A stretch of DNA of 64,000 nt from an uncultured Gammaproteobacteria bacterium (GTDB taxonomy: Bacteria > Patescibacteriota > Microgenomatia > JAMCZE01): positions 34,345-98,344 of the forward strand of contig CAZNUP010000001.1 in assembly GCA_964576435.1 (NCBI GenBank), given 5' to 3'. A program made the position numbers and the translations under genes. Below the pieces are notes generated by a model. The model saw nothing but the letters and a program-made list of their open reading frames with translations, was not told the DNA's origin and made no database searches. Shown one piece after another: positions 45,949-55,898 of the stretch. The stretch's first letter is position 1. The number at the start of each line of letters is the position of its first letter.

Positions 45949-47121
45949 ATGCGTTTTCCACTAAAACATGTTGTTTTGGGACTTTTTTTTGGTATTCTAC
46001 TTGCTGCTTTTTTCTTTTTTTTAACCAAACCTGAAATCCCTCCGATTCCAACAAGAGCAGAAGAACCCACGCCCTCTCCCACTCCAGTTAGATCTCCAAA
46101 ACAAGTTATTGGTTTCTATCCCTATTGGAATCTCAGCAAAGTAAATGAGGTAGATCTTTCCAATCTTACAACCATTTACTACTTCGCACTTGACCTCAAT
46201 TCAGATGGTTCTTGGAATAAGGCAGATCCAGGCTGGAGCAAAATGGGATCAAATAATTACATCTTGTTAAGAGATCTAGCCAGAAAAAATGGTGTCCGCT
46301 GGGGAGTAACTATCGTTAACTTATCCGCCGACTCCATCGCCAGAAACATTAATAATCCAATTCGTCAACAAACTATCATTGATAACACAGTTACCCTAAT
46401 GAAAGACCAAGGCTTCCAAGATCTAAACATTGACCTTGAATATGTTGGAGGGGACGACGAAGGATTAAAACAAAGTTTTACGATGTTCACCCAAAAGCTA
46501 ACAAATACTGTTCACCAAGAGATTCCAGGAAGCACGGTCTCAATTGACTTTATTTCAGGCCACTACAAAAAGCCCCGCATTTATGATTTCCCAAAACTAG
46601 GAGAAATTGTCGATCAAGTTATTATCATGGGCTACGACTTCCATAGGATAAATTCAACTAAAGCCGGCCCGGTTGCTCCCATGTTTGGTAAGACTGAAGA
46701 CGAAATTGATATTTCCAAAACTGTAGACGGCTATCTCAAAGTTATTCCCAAAGAAAAACTAATTCTTGGAGTTCCTTTCTATGGCTACGAGTGGCCAACT
46801 GAAACAAATGAAAAAGATGCTTTCACTATCTACTCTCCAAGAGGTCCGGAAATTTCTTCATACAATAGAAGCATTAAAACAGCAAAAGAGCATAATGTTT
46901 CTATAAACTTCGACGATGTTTCGAAAAGTGTCTGGTTCCCATATTTTGATAACGATTACCAAACCTGGCGACAAGTTTGGTTTGAAAATGAGAGGAGCCT
47001 GGGAGTCAAATTTGATTTAGTAAATGCACTAAATCTGGAGGGTATCGCCATTTTTGCTCTAGGATATGACGGCGCTAACGCCAAACCACTCTGGGATGAA
47101 GTTAAATTAAAGTTGAAATAA
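45949..47121 (+). CDS. Glycoside hydrolase family 18
   Basis: IGFYPYW, DLNIDLEY (DxxDxE), IMGYDF, LGVPFYG, FALGYD. Confidence 0.9.
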   Translation: MRFPLKHVVLGLFFGILLAAFFFFLTKPEIPPIPTRAEEPTPSPTPVRSPKQVIGFYPYWNLSKVNEVDLSNLTTIYYFALDLNSDGSWNKADPGWSKMGSNNYILLRDLARKNGVRWGVTIVNLSADSIARNINNPIRQQTIIDNTVTLMKDQGFQDLNIDLEYVGGDDEGLKQSFTMFTQKLTNTVHQEIPGSTVSIDFISGHYKKPRIYDFPKLGEIVDQVIIMGYDFHRINSTKAGPVAPMFGKTEDEIDISKTVDGYLKVIPKEKLILGVPFYGYEWPTETNEKDAFTIYSPRGPEISSYNRSIKTAKEHNVSINFDDVSKSVWFPYFDNDYQTWRQVWFENERSLGVKFDLVNALNLEGIAIFALGYDGANAKPLWDEVKLKLK

Positions 47122-47211
47122 CAACCCAAACTTCCTTATTGCTAACCAACCATTTTGACAAATATAATGCGTTTAAGTCTTGGGAAGCATTGCCTCTAAG
47201 GTCATGTAGCA

Positions 47212-49632
47212 ATGCCTAAAAAGAAACATGCAAAAAATCCACTACTAGCAACTTTTTCCCTCCTCGGGCAAATCTTAATTGTCATAGGGACTCCTGTTCT
47301 TGTAGCTTTAAAGCTACTTTTCTACTTTTCAGAGTCAATTGGAAATAAAGTATTAAGTTTTGGAGAAAAACCTGTTAAAAAAGTCCGTTCTCAAAAAAAA
47401 TCTCTACCAAAAGTTGAAAAACCAGATTTCCCCAATTGGTTCCTCGACCAAAAAACTAAAGCTTTTATAACTTTTAAAGCTCTTCAAGTAAAAATTCACG
47501 AAAGAAACAAAATTGCTCTTTTTTCCTTAAAAAGCACTCCCAAAAAGAAACACAGGCTTTCTTTTACCGAAAAACAAAAGCGGTCACTTCCAACTTTTAT
47601 TCTGCCAACCATTACTTTCCCCAAAATTGTCATCCCAAAAGTTGTTTTTCTGAAGTTTCCAAAAACTCCAAGACTAGTAGGTGCCACAATTGCCGGCGTT
47701 TCCGCAACAATAGTAGTCTTTACCGTCGTCTATTTTGCAGTCTTTGTCATAAATGGGCTCCCCAACCCAAAACTTCTTGCCCAAAAGCCTCTTCCCTTAA
47801 CTACTAAGATTTACGACCGAAACGATATTTTGCTTTACCAGTTCTATGGCAATGAAAATAGAAGTTTAGTGGATCTTGCAGAGCTTCCTCCCTACGTCCC
47901 CCAAGCAATCATTGCCGCAGAAGATAAAAATTTTTACTACCACATTGGTTTCGATCCAAGTGGCATAACAAGAGCCGCTCTTGCCAACTACAGTGGTGAA
48001 AGCGCCCAAGGCGGCTCGACTATAACTCAACAATTAGTAAAGTTTTCTCTTCTCTCTTCTGAAAGAACAATTACCAGAAAACTTCGCGAGTTAGTTCTCT
48101 CAATGTGGACAGAACGAACTTATACCAAAGATCAAATTTTAACCATGTATATAAACTATATTGGTTTTGGCGGTCCTGCTTATGGAATTGAAGCTGCCTC
48201 GGAAATCTATTTTGGCAAACCCGCCAAAAATTTAACTTTGTCTGAAGCCGCCCTCTTAGCATCTCTCCCCTCTTCTCCAACCACATATTCTCCTTTTGGA
48301 GAACATCCAGAAATTGCCAAATATCGCCAAATGCAAGTTCTCGACAAAATGTATGAACAAGGCTACATTACTAAATCCCAAGCTGAAAAAGCCAAATTTG
48401 ATCAACTCACTTTTGTTCCTAACGAGACAGAAATAAAAGCTCCCCACTTTGTCATGTATGTTAAAGACGAATTAATTAAGCGTTTTGGCGAGAAGCAAGT
48501 TTTAGAAGGGGGTCTAAGAGTAAAAACAACTTTGGACTATCCTCTCTATAAGAAAGTTACTGATGAACTGAAAGCTGGAGTTGAAAAGCAACAATATCTA
48601 AATGTTCAGAATGGTGCAGTTCTCGTAACTAATCCAAAAACTGGTGAAATACTATCCATGTCCGGGTCCACCGACTTTTTTAACCTTTCAAAAGATGGCA
48701 ATGTCAATGTCACCGTTGCAGAAAGAAGTCCCGGTTCTTCAATTAAGCCTCTAACTTACGCTTTAGGGTTTGAAATGGGAACAATGACCCCAAATACAAT
48801 TTTTGAAGATAAGCCTTCTGAATTTCGTCAGGTCGGCGGCCCTCCATATAGACCTATAAACTATGATAACCGTTTCCATGGTCGAGTAACAGCAAGAACC
48901 GCTCTTGGGTCATCCTATAACATTCCAGCAGTTAAAGTTCTTGAAAAAGTAGGCTTAATTAATTTCCTTCAGTTTGCTCAAAACGCCGGATTAAGCACTT
49001 TAAACGATCCAAATCGCTATGGATTAGCAATTACCTTAGGTGGCGGTGAAGTAAAAATGGTTGACATGGCCAAAGCATATAGTATGTTCCCAAACCAAGG
49101 AACAACCACTCCCTTAACTTCAATCTTAGAAGTTAAAAGCCAAGGCGGGGATTTAATTCCCGATTTAATTAAAGAAGAGCCAAAACACTTAATCTCAGGA
49201 AAAACCGCCTTCTATATAAATTCCATTTTAAGTGACGATGACGCAAGGGCCCCCACTTTCGGAAGAGGAAGTATTCTTAATATTCCAGGTCATACAGTAG
49301 CAGTTAAAACAGGAACGGCCGAAACTAAAAGAGACAACTGGACAATTGGTTACTCATTTGGAGACAACCCGAGATTAGTTGCAGTTTGGGTCGGCAACAA
49401 TGACAATTCCCCAATGAGTCCCGCTCTTGAATCAGGCAATACTGGAGCAGCCACTGTTTGGAACCCTGTTATGAAATTGGTTCTAGAAGGATCGCAAGAT
49501 CGACCGGTTCCAAAACCAAACAACTTAATTCCAGTTCAAATTTGTGGAACCACCGAATATTTTGTCCAAGGAACAGAGCCAAAAGAGCCATGCAATTTAA
49601 AACCACTTCCAAGTCCCACACAACAGCCCTAG
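47212..49632 (+). CDS. Class A penicillin-binding protein (second PBP1A paralogue)
   Basis: EDKNFYYH, GGSTITQQL, SSIK, SYN, KTG; long basic N-terminal extension. Confidence 0.95.
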   Translation: MPKKKHAKNPLLATFSLLGQILIVIGTPVLVALKLLFYFSESIGNKVLSFGEKPVKKVRSQKKSLPKVEKPDFPNWFLDQKTKAFITFKALQVKIHERNKIALFSLKSTPKKKHRLSFTEKQKRSLPTFILPTITFPKIVIPKVVFLKFPKTPRLVGATIAGVSATIVVFTVVYFAVFVINGLPNPKLLAQKPLPLTTKIYDRNDILLYQFYGNENRSLVDLAELPPYVPQAIIAAEDKNFYYHIGFDPSGITRAALANYSGESAQGGSTITQQLVKFSLLSSERTITRKLRELVLSMWTERTYTKDQILTMYINYIGFGGPAYGIEAASEIYFGKPAKNLTLSEAALLASLPSSPTTYSPFGEHPEIAKYRQMQVLDKMYEQGYITKSQAEKAKFDQLTFVPNETEIKAPHFVMYVKDELIKRFGEKQVLEGGLRVKTTLDYPLYKKVTDELKAGVEKQQYLNVQNGAVLVTNPKTGEILSMSGSTDFFNLSKDGNVNVTVAERSPGSSIKPLTYALGFEMGTMTPNTIFEDKPSEFRQVGGPPYRPINYDNRFHGRVTARTALGSSYNIPAVKVLEKVGLINFLQFAQNAGLSTLNDPNRYGLAITLGGGEVKMVDMAKAYSMFPNQGTTTPLTSILEVKSQGGDLIPDLIKEEPKHLISGKTAFYINSILSDDDARAPTFGRGSILNIPGHTVAVKTGTAETKRDNWTIGYSFGDNPRLVAVWVGNNDNSPMSPALESGNTGAATVWNPVMKLVLEGSQDRPVPKPNNLIPVQICGTTEYFVQGTEPKEPCNLKPLPSPTQQP

Positions 49633-49652
49633 AAAGGGCATATAATTAAATT

Positions 49653-50222
49653 ATGCATAAGTACTCAACTGACGAACTAGTAGCTCAAAAATTGACCGAA
49701 GAAGAATTTAAAAAACTCAAAAGAAATCCTGTCGTTTTTATTCTCCACAACATTCGCTCTCTGGAAAATGTTGGCCTCTTCTTTAGATTGGCTGACGCTC
49801 TTTTAATTGAAAAAGTTTATCTCACAGGTTACACCGGTTTTCCTCGTCTTGAAAATGACACAAGAGAGGAACGAATCATTTCTCACGCCGAAAAAGAAAT
49901 TCAAAAAACCGCCATCAAACTCGTTCCCGTTGTCCCCTGGGAACAGAATAAAAATATTGACGATATTCTGTCAAGCCTAAAAGAAAATAACTACCAAATT
50001 ATCGGCGTTGAACAAACCGACGAGAGCATTGATTACAGAAAAGCAGATTACAAAAAACCAATTGCACTTCTTTTTGGACACGAAAGGACTGGAGTCGAAG
50101 ATGAACTTCTGGAAAAATGCGATTTTATTGTCCATATTCCCATGCTAGGAATTGGTAACAGCCACAACGTAGCAACAAGTGGTGCTATCATTGCCTCACA
50201 CATCATAAATGTGATAGATTGA
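49653..50222 (+). CDS. TrmH/SpoU-family RNA methyltransferase
   Basis: LHNIRSLENVG..FR, LFGHERTGV, IPMLG..SHNVA. Confidence 0.92.
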   Translation: MHKYSTDELVAQKLTEEEFKKLKRNPVVFILHNIRSLENVGLFFRLADALLIEKVYLTGYTGFPRLENDTREERIISHAEKEIQKTAIKLVPVVPWEQNKNIDDILSSLKENNYQIIGVEQTDESIDYRKADYKKPIALLFGHERTGVEDELLEKCDFIVHIPMLGIGNSHNVATSGAIIASHIINVID

Positions 50223-50716
50223 CAGCTCTTATGCATAAACACTATATTCCCCTATTTCTTATATTAGGCTTGTTTGTAGTAGCAATTGGCTTCTTTGCTA
50301 TCTATAGAAACCTTAAAAATGGAACCGAAACTCACACCATAAGCTTGGCCTCAGCAACTCCTAATCCAACCACCAATCCGACGCCTGTTTTAGGAATAGT
50401 TACTGCTTCTCCAACAGCTACTCCCAAAATTGACCTGGCCATTGACTCCCCTTTAGCATTGTCTAGTGTTAGTTCGTCTCTTTTAACGGTTGCCGGAAAA
50501 TCTGCTACAGGTGCTGCTGTTTTGGTTAATGAAAAAGAAGTAACTGTAAATGCTGACGGCAGTTTCCGTTCTTCTCTAAGATTAGTCCCTGGTCCCAATC
50601 TCGTAGTAATTCAAGCGAGCAGTTCCGCTGGTTCTTCAATTTGGCAAACAGTTGTGACTTACACTAAAAAAGAACCAGTAGTAACCGATGCACCACAACA
50701 AGAAACCACTCCTTAA
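50219..50716 (+). CDS. Membrane-anchored Ig-like protein
   Basis: TM, PT-rich linker, VAGKS...VN....V.ADGSF...L.PGPN. Confidence 0.7.
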   Translation: MTALMHKHYIPLFLILGLFVVAIGFFAIYRNLKNGTETHTISLASATPNPTTNPTPVLGIVTASPTATPKIDLAIDSPLALSSVSSSLLTVAGKSATGAAVLVNEKEVTVNADGSFRSSLRLVPGPNLVVIQASSSAGSSIWQTVVTYTKKEPVVTDAPQQETTP

Positions 50717-51302
50717 AGTTGTTCTCTTAGGAATCGACATCTGCCTTGTTGTTCTAATTCTTTTCGTGGCCAAAAACCTCATTGTTGTTAATTCAGAAGC
50801 AAAGACTTCTCCTATTTCAGAAGACCAATCAGATCCAATCGCCGAGGTTTCACTACTTCCAAAACTAGAAACCATAACCAAAACGTTAATCCAACCTCAA
50901 AAATCAAAACAAGAAATTAAAGTTTCCCCGAAAGTCGCCACTCTTTTATCTTTAATTAACGAAAGTCGCATCCAAGAAAATTTGGGCCCACTAGCTTACA
51001 ACCAGAATCTATCTAACCTTGCAAACTCCTATTCTGAAGACATGTCTAAAAAGAACTTCTTTTCCCACACAAGTCCTGACGGAAAAACCCCTTCAAGTAG
51101 ATTAGAGTTAGCCAACATCAATTTTGAAACAGCGGGAGAAAACATTGCCTATGCTCCAACAATTCAAAGTGCCCATATAAATTTAATGAACTCTAAAGAA
51201 CATAGAGACAACATCTTAAATCCTGACTTTACAAAGGTAGGTCTTGGAATTTTTGAAGAAAGCACTTCGAAGATTTTTATAACTGAAATATTTACCAACT
51301 AG
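50688..51302 (+). CDS. CAP/SCP-domain protein
   Basis: LINESR, DMSKKNFFSH, AGENIA, LMNSKEHRDNIL. Confidence 0.92.
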   Translation: MHHNKKPLLKVVLLGIDICLVVLILFVAKNLIVVNSEAKTSPISEDQSDPIAEVSLLPKLETITKTLIQPQKSKQEIKVSPKVATLLSLINESRIQENLGPLAYNQNLSNLANSYSEDMSKKNFFSHTSPDGKTPSSRLELANINFETAGENIAYAPTIQSAHINLMNSKEHRDNILNPDFTKVGLGIFEESTSKIFITEIFTN

Positions 51303-51511
51303 GCAATAACAACTGCCATCAGAAAAAGCCCCCCGACAACTATTATCTGAATAATTGCCAGAAGTTTTACAAAAGGCGACACTTCAGAATCTAAAATCTT
51401 CGTCATCAAAGTTATCTGTCTATAAACAACCAAGGTAAAGATAAAATAGAAAACTAAAAGTGTTAAGATGAAGAGTTTTAAGATTCCTGTAAATGGTAAT
51501 TCTAAAGGCAT
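51299..51511 (-). CDS. Small two-TM protein (DUF5657-like)
   Basis: Y.IF.LVVYRQI.LM pattern; two TM. Confidence 0.7.
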   Translation of the reverse strand: MPLELPFTGILKLFILTLLVFYFIFTLVVYRQITLMTKILDSEVSPFVKLLAIIQIIVVGGLFLMAVVIA

Positions 51512-51525
51512 AATATTTTTAAAAA

Positions 51526-52332
51526 CTATCTAATTCCTCCCCCAACAGAGTCCACTGCAATTTTTCCCGCTCCTTGAACTTCCATAAGTTCCTGAATTTC
51601 TTCTGCTACTTCCTGTGGGTGTGGCACATTTGTAAACTCAAAATTTTCCTCAGTTCCCGCTGTTTGAATAACCACATCTCCATAATCAAATATTCCAGCC
51701 AACACCCCCCCTTGTTTAGAGGTTACATCCTGGATTTTATTTAAGTGAGTCGCGGATACTGCCTTATATACAACATTGTACCAATCTATATCCACTACCT
51801 GCTCTGTAGTAACAATGTAAACATTGAAATACCAATACAAAAACTTCAAAAATGCATAGGAAAATACACCAGCAACCCAAAGTAGTGTTAAAACTAATAC
51901 TGTTCCAGGTCCAACCGGTAAAAGACCGGTAGCCACTACAATTGGAATAATTATAAATGGCACAAGAAGTAGGAGGAACGAAATTATAATCCAAGGAACA
52001 TTAGTTACTACATGAGCGCGAAGCAGTAAGACAACTTGCTCTTCATCTTTTTGGTTTTGAAACGACACCTTTGGTGGGCAAACTAAAAATGCTGAAAATG
52101 GAGTTTTCCCCGCTTTCGCTCTGACTTTATCCAAGATAAGTGCCTTTCCAATTTTCTCTTTTCCAACTAAATTATTTTCAGCCCCATCCACCTTACTACT
52201 AACTTCCGAAGCTACCTCTGAAGGAGTCTCCACTTGAGGAGTTTTTACCTCCGGTTTGGTTACTATTGGTGGTTCGGAATTTGGAACGTTTGGGTCAGGT
52301 TCCACATTATCAACCGCTACTCTATTTGCCAT
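51526..52332 (-). CDS. Membrane protein with bacterial PH domain
   Basis: LLRAH, two TM, WYFNVYIVT, IQDV, FDYGDVVIQTAG. Confidence 0.85.
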   Translation of the reverse strand: MANRVAVDNVEPDPNVPNSEPPIVTKPEVKTPQVETPSEVASEVSSKVDGAENNLVGKEKIGKALILDKVRAKAGKTPFSAFLVCPPKVSFQNQKDEEQVVLLLRAHVVTNVPWIIISFLLLLVPFIIIPIVVATGLLPVGPGTVLVLTLLWVAGVFSYAFLKFLYWYFNVYIVTTEQVVDIDWYNVVYKAVSATHLNKIQDVTSKQGGVLAGIFDYGDVVIQTAGTEENFEFTNVPHPQEVAEEIQELMEVQGAGKIAVDSVGGGIR

Positions 52333-52346
52333 ACTCTGATTTTACC

Positions 52347-54077
52347 TCACTTTTTCTCAATATTAAATAGTGCCGAAGGGAGATAGATCTCTCCAGGAGC
52401 CCGAATGTTAAAAATCTCTCTAAATTTCTCCCCAGGAATATTCTTTGTTCCTTTATCAGTCCCCACACTAACACTCCCGGTTACCCCAGATGTAGCATAA
52501 GAGACAGAAACTGAACTAACGCTTCCAATTGCATCCCCTCCAAGTCTATTTCTAACCTCGTCTTTGCTCCAGGTATCGCCATTAGATTTATCAGTTTGCG
52601 ATAAATGCGATAACGCTCCTCCATCTTTCATATAAAGAAGAACAGAATTAACTATATCCGTAAATTCTTCCTGATTAAGCCATGGATGTGGTCTAGACGC
52701 TGATCCCCCGCGCGGTTTATACCAAGCTTTATAAAACCATGGTGATCCCCCAATTTTTTCGTAAGCATCAGCTGTCCAACATGACTGGTTTCCACATTTT
52801 GTATCCCACCCACCAGGGCTATTGTAACCTTGTGATGAATACCCATAATTAAATCCTCCCGAGGAAGCAGCGTAATAGGCTGAAAATGGTTGTCCATTCG
52901 CAACCAGCACCCACCCCTTAGTATCGTTTACTGCTCTTTCCCAGTTTCCCCCTTTTGGTTCCGGTTTAAAAACCTGGCATGCCTCGGTTGCACAAATTGA
53001 CGAAGATCCATTATTGGTTCTAGCCAGTGCATAAGACCTAGCAGCGACCGCTTGTGCTTTAAGTGCTTCTTGTCCTCCCTCATCCCCCCAAGATCCAGGC
53101 ATCTCATAAATTCTCTTTGTATAGTCCTCAATGTTAAAACTCCCATATCCATCAACATTAATGTTTATTCCAGAGTCATAATCAGTTTTAATTTCAATTC
53201 CGCTGCCGTAATATCCCTTCAATATGTCCTGTGCACTTTGTCCACTCTTTGCTCTCCCAAGTGCCCCATATTGACTCATCCCCTTTCGGTGTGGTGCTCC
53301 AAAGGAAAACCCTGCAAAAGCCGGAGAAAATCCTGGATTGTAATTTGGTCTAGATGCGGGGTCATCAGCTGGAGGCACATCCCCCACACTGGTTGTAAAG
53401 TTTCCGGTTTTTTCAGCAAGAAGTTGTTGCTGTCTTGCTGATAAAGTTCCCACTGTCTGAGAAAGTTGTGATTGATAAGTCTTAGCTTCCGCAACTAACT
53501 TCCTAATAGGAGCAAGCGTTACTTCCAAACTTTGTTTCTTGTCAGCTAGCCACTTTTGAGTATCTTCAAGCTTTTTCTTGGCATTATTTAGATCAGTAAT
53601 ATCAACAACCAACCCAACGATCCTATTTTTCTCCTGATCAATAAGGTTTTGTCTGTAAGCAATTGTCCTCATTGACTCCCCAACACTATCCCCCGAGAAA
53701 AGTGTCACCAGTGCATATTCAAATGGGCTTTGATAGTCCTTCTTATAATATTGTCTAACCTGTCCCTCAAGAAGGGTCTGCCTCTCAGATAATTTCTCTT
53801 CTCCAACTTGGATTTCTTTTTTCTTCTTATCCAATTCTTTATTTAGTGAGGCAACATTGGCATCAATTGCAGATATATTGTTTTCCAAATCCTTTTCTGC
53901 CTGCTCATGGGGTTTAGTTGCATCAGTCGACATCTTAATAAGTTTTTGACACTCATCAATTTTCTTCTGGCATTCATCAATCCCTTCGCAAGAACTAGAG
54001 CACTCTTCTGCAAAAACAAATCTGGAAGCAAAAAAGATAAGAAGGAGAAAAATACTGGCAGTTTTCAAAAATTTCAT
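52347..54077 (-). CDS. Coiled-coil plus SpoIID/LytB peptidoglycan-lytic domain protein
   Basis: Signal peptide, long coiled coil, GMSQYGA, YEMP..W...ALKAQAVAARSYA, CQV. Confidence 0.88.
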   Translation of the reverse strand: MKFLKTASIFLLLIFFASRFVFAEECSSSCEGIDECQKKIDECQKLIKMSTDATKPHEQAEKDLENNISAIDANVASLNKELDKKKKEIQVGEEKLSERQTLLEGQVRQYYKKDYQSPFEYALVTLFSGDSVGESMRTIAYRQNLIDQEKNRIVGLVVDITDLNNAKKKLEDTQKWLADKKQSLEVTLAPIRKLVAEAKTYQSQLSQTVGTLSARQQQLLAEKTGNFTTSVGDVPPADDPASRPNYNPGFSPAFAGFSFGAPHRKGMSQYGALGRAKSGQSAQDILKGYYGSGIEIKTDYDSGININVDGYGSFNIEDYTKRIYEMPGSWGDEGGQEALKAQAVAARSYALARTNNGSSSICATEACQVFKPEPKGGNWERAVNDTKGWVLVANGQPFSAYYAASSGGFNYGYSSQGYNSPGGWDTKCGNQSCWTADAYEKIGGSPWFYKAWYKPRGGSASRPHPWLNQEEFTDIVNSVLLYMKDGGALSHLSQTDKSNGDTWSKDEVRNRLGGDAIGSVSSVSVSYATSGVTGSVSVGTDKGTKNIPGEKFREIFNIRAPGEIYLPSALFNIEKK

Positions 54078-54085
54078 TCGCCTAA

Positions 54086-54889
54086 TTATACTCGATGCTT
54101 CAAAGCCTTTTCGAATTTAGAGACATAGTATTTAGACCCATCTCTGGGGTGAAAAAACGCAAACCTCAAACCCACTTTCTCATTTGTCATTTTTGGCCTC
54201 ATATAAAGGTACTGACCCAAAAAAGCTAAAATCTCTAAAACTGAGTTAGCATTTTTGGAAGGCTCCTCTAATTTACTATTATTATCCATATAAGCGCTCG
54301 GTAAAATCTCCTTTGTCCATTTATTAGAGGATATCCATTTCTTTAAAATCCCTCCCCTATCAAATACACATTTTGCTTGCAATATTTCATGTGCAGTATA
54401 AATGTTTCTTTCTAATATTTCCAAGTGATTACTATCGAGAAATATGTTTGTACAAATCCTGTCTTTAATATTGTCTCCCCTCCGTTCTAGATTAAATTTT
54501 CTAAGTAGTCTGATTAATTTAAATCTAGTCCTCCACACACTATCGGGTTTAGTAACAATCATTAAATCAATATCAGACGAAGGTGTAGCATTTAAAATTG
54601 CCACAGAGCCGGTCACAAATACAGCGCAAATTGTGTCTATTTCTTTAATTAAAGGAAGTATTTCAAAAACTTTATCTAGCTTCTCCTCACTTAAAACTTT
54701 TCTCTCTTTTCTAAGCTTCAAGTATTTTTCTTTTCCTGGTAAAAAGAGCATCCCACTTTTGGATCCGACCTGCTTTTTGGGTGACTTTGTAAATCCAATT
54801 GCCCACCGTTGTGCTTCCGCAAATGAAAGCGGAAAATCGAACATGTCTGCGTATACAAGTGCTTGAAATTGGTTATAATCGACCCGCAT
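54086..54889 (-). CDS. Nucleotidyltransferase-fold protein
   Basis: VTGSVA...SDIDLMIV, ICTNIF, YTAHEI, AFFHP. Confidence 0.78.
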   Translation of the reverse strand: MRVDYNQFQALVYADMFDFPLSFAEAQRWAIGFTKSPKKQVGSKSGMLFLPGKEKYLKLRKERKVLSEEKLDKVFEILPLIKEIDTICAVFVTGSVAILNATPSSDIDLMIVTKPDSVWRTRFKLIRLLRKFNLERRGDNIKDRICTNIFLDSNHLEILERNIYTAHEILQAKCVFDRGGILKKWISSNKWTKEILPSAYMDNNSKLEEPSKNANSVLEILAFLGQYLYMRPKMTNEKVGLRFAFFHPRDGSKYYVSKFEKALKHRV

Positions 54890-55898
54890 GCTAAAGTCTC
54901 TTTCTAAATTTCCAGAATATAAAATTCTTGCTTATTTGGGCATTATCGCACTTTCCTGGTATCTCTTTACAGTTGCGAGTGGATTGATTGCTTGGGTAGC
55001 TGACATTTTCCTTTTAATCTTCTTCTCTTGGACTCTAGCCCTAATTATTGAGCCTCTCGTTCTTTACTTAGAAAAAAGGGGCTTATCAAAAACGATTGCC
55101 GCAATCGTTGTCTACTTGGTTATAGCTAGTATCACAATCATTAGTTTGGTAGCTATGGTTCCAACCTTAATTGCCCAACTCCAAAAACTGTCCCTGATTA
55201 TTCCTTCAATGATGCCAAACTACACGATTTCTGATCGTCTAGAAACTTTCATCGCTAATTCATTGGGTAGTTCAGTCCTCATAATTTCCCAAATTGCCGG
55301 AGCAGTAACCGGAGCAATTCTTGTTTTTATACTTTCTTTTTACTTCCTTATAAGTAGAAAACAAGTTTCGAATTTCCTCTTAAATATAATACCTGATCAA
55401 TACGAAGACGATTTCCTTTTTATGGAAAAAACTTTAAATCACACCTTTGCTAGTTTCATAAGAATTCAAGTGGTCCTAGGAATAATCATGGGCTTCGCCA
55501 CATTTTTAACTCTCACTGTTTTAGGCGTAGAATTTGCTTTGACCACGAGTGTTTTTGCCGGCCTCTTAGCTGCAGTCCCAGTAATTGGTTCTTTTTTGTT
55601 TATTCTTCCTGCTGCTCTTGCCGCTTTAACCTATTCACCAGAAAAAGCTATCATCACAGTTATCATCCTCATTATCCTAGCTCAGCTTGTCTATAATTTC
55701 TTAGGCCCAAAGCTTCTAGGAAAAGCTCTACAAATCCACCCAATCGTAGTCATCCTTTCTTTTGTAATTGGTTACAAGATTGCTGGCTTCTGGGGAGCTA
55801 TTTTAAGTGTTCCAGTTGCAAGTTCCATAGCAATTGTAACTAAAGAATTCTTAAAATATTGGCAACAAGAAGCAGACAAACCTACCTTGAAGAAATAA
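54888..55898 (+). CDS. AI-2E family transporter
   Basis: Multi-TM; EPLV..LE, VPVIG, PKLLG..LQIHP, GFWGAILSVP. Confidence 0.9.
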   Translation: MLKSLSKFPEYKILAYLGIIALSWYLFTVASGLIAWVADIFLLIFFSWTLALIIEPLVLYLEKRGLSKTIAAIVVYLVIASITIISLVAMVPTLIAQLQKLSLIIPSMMPNYTISDRLETFIANSLGSSVLIISQIAGAVTGAILVFILSFYFLISRKQVSNFLLNIIPDQYEDDFLFMEKTLNHTFASFIRIQVVLGIIMGFATFLTLTVLGVEFALTTSVFAGLLAAVPVIGSFLFILPAALAALTYSPEKAIITVIILIILAQLVYNFLGPKLLGKALQIHPIVVILSFVIGYKIAGFWGAILSVPVASSIAIVTKEFLKYWQQEADKPTLKK

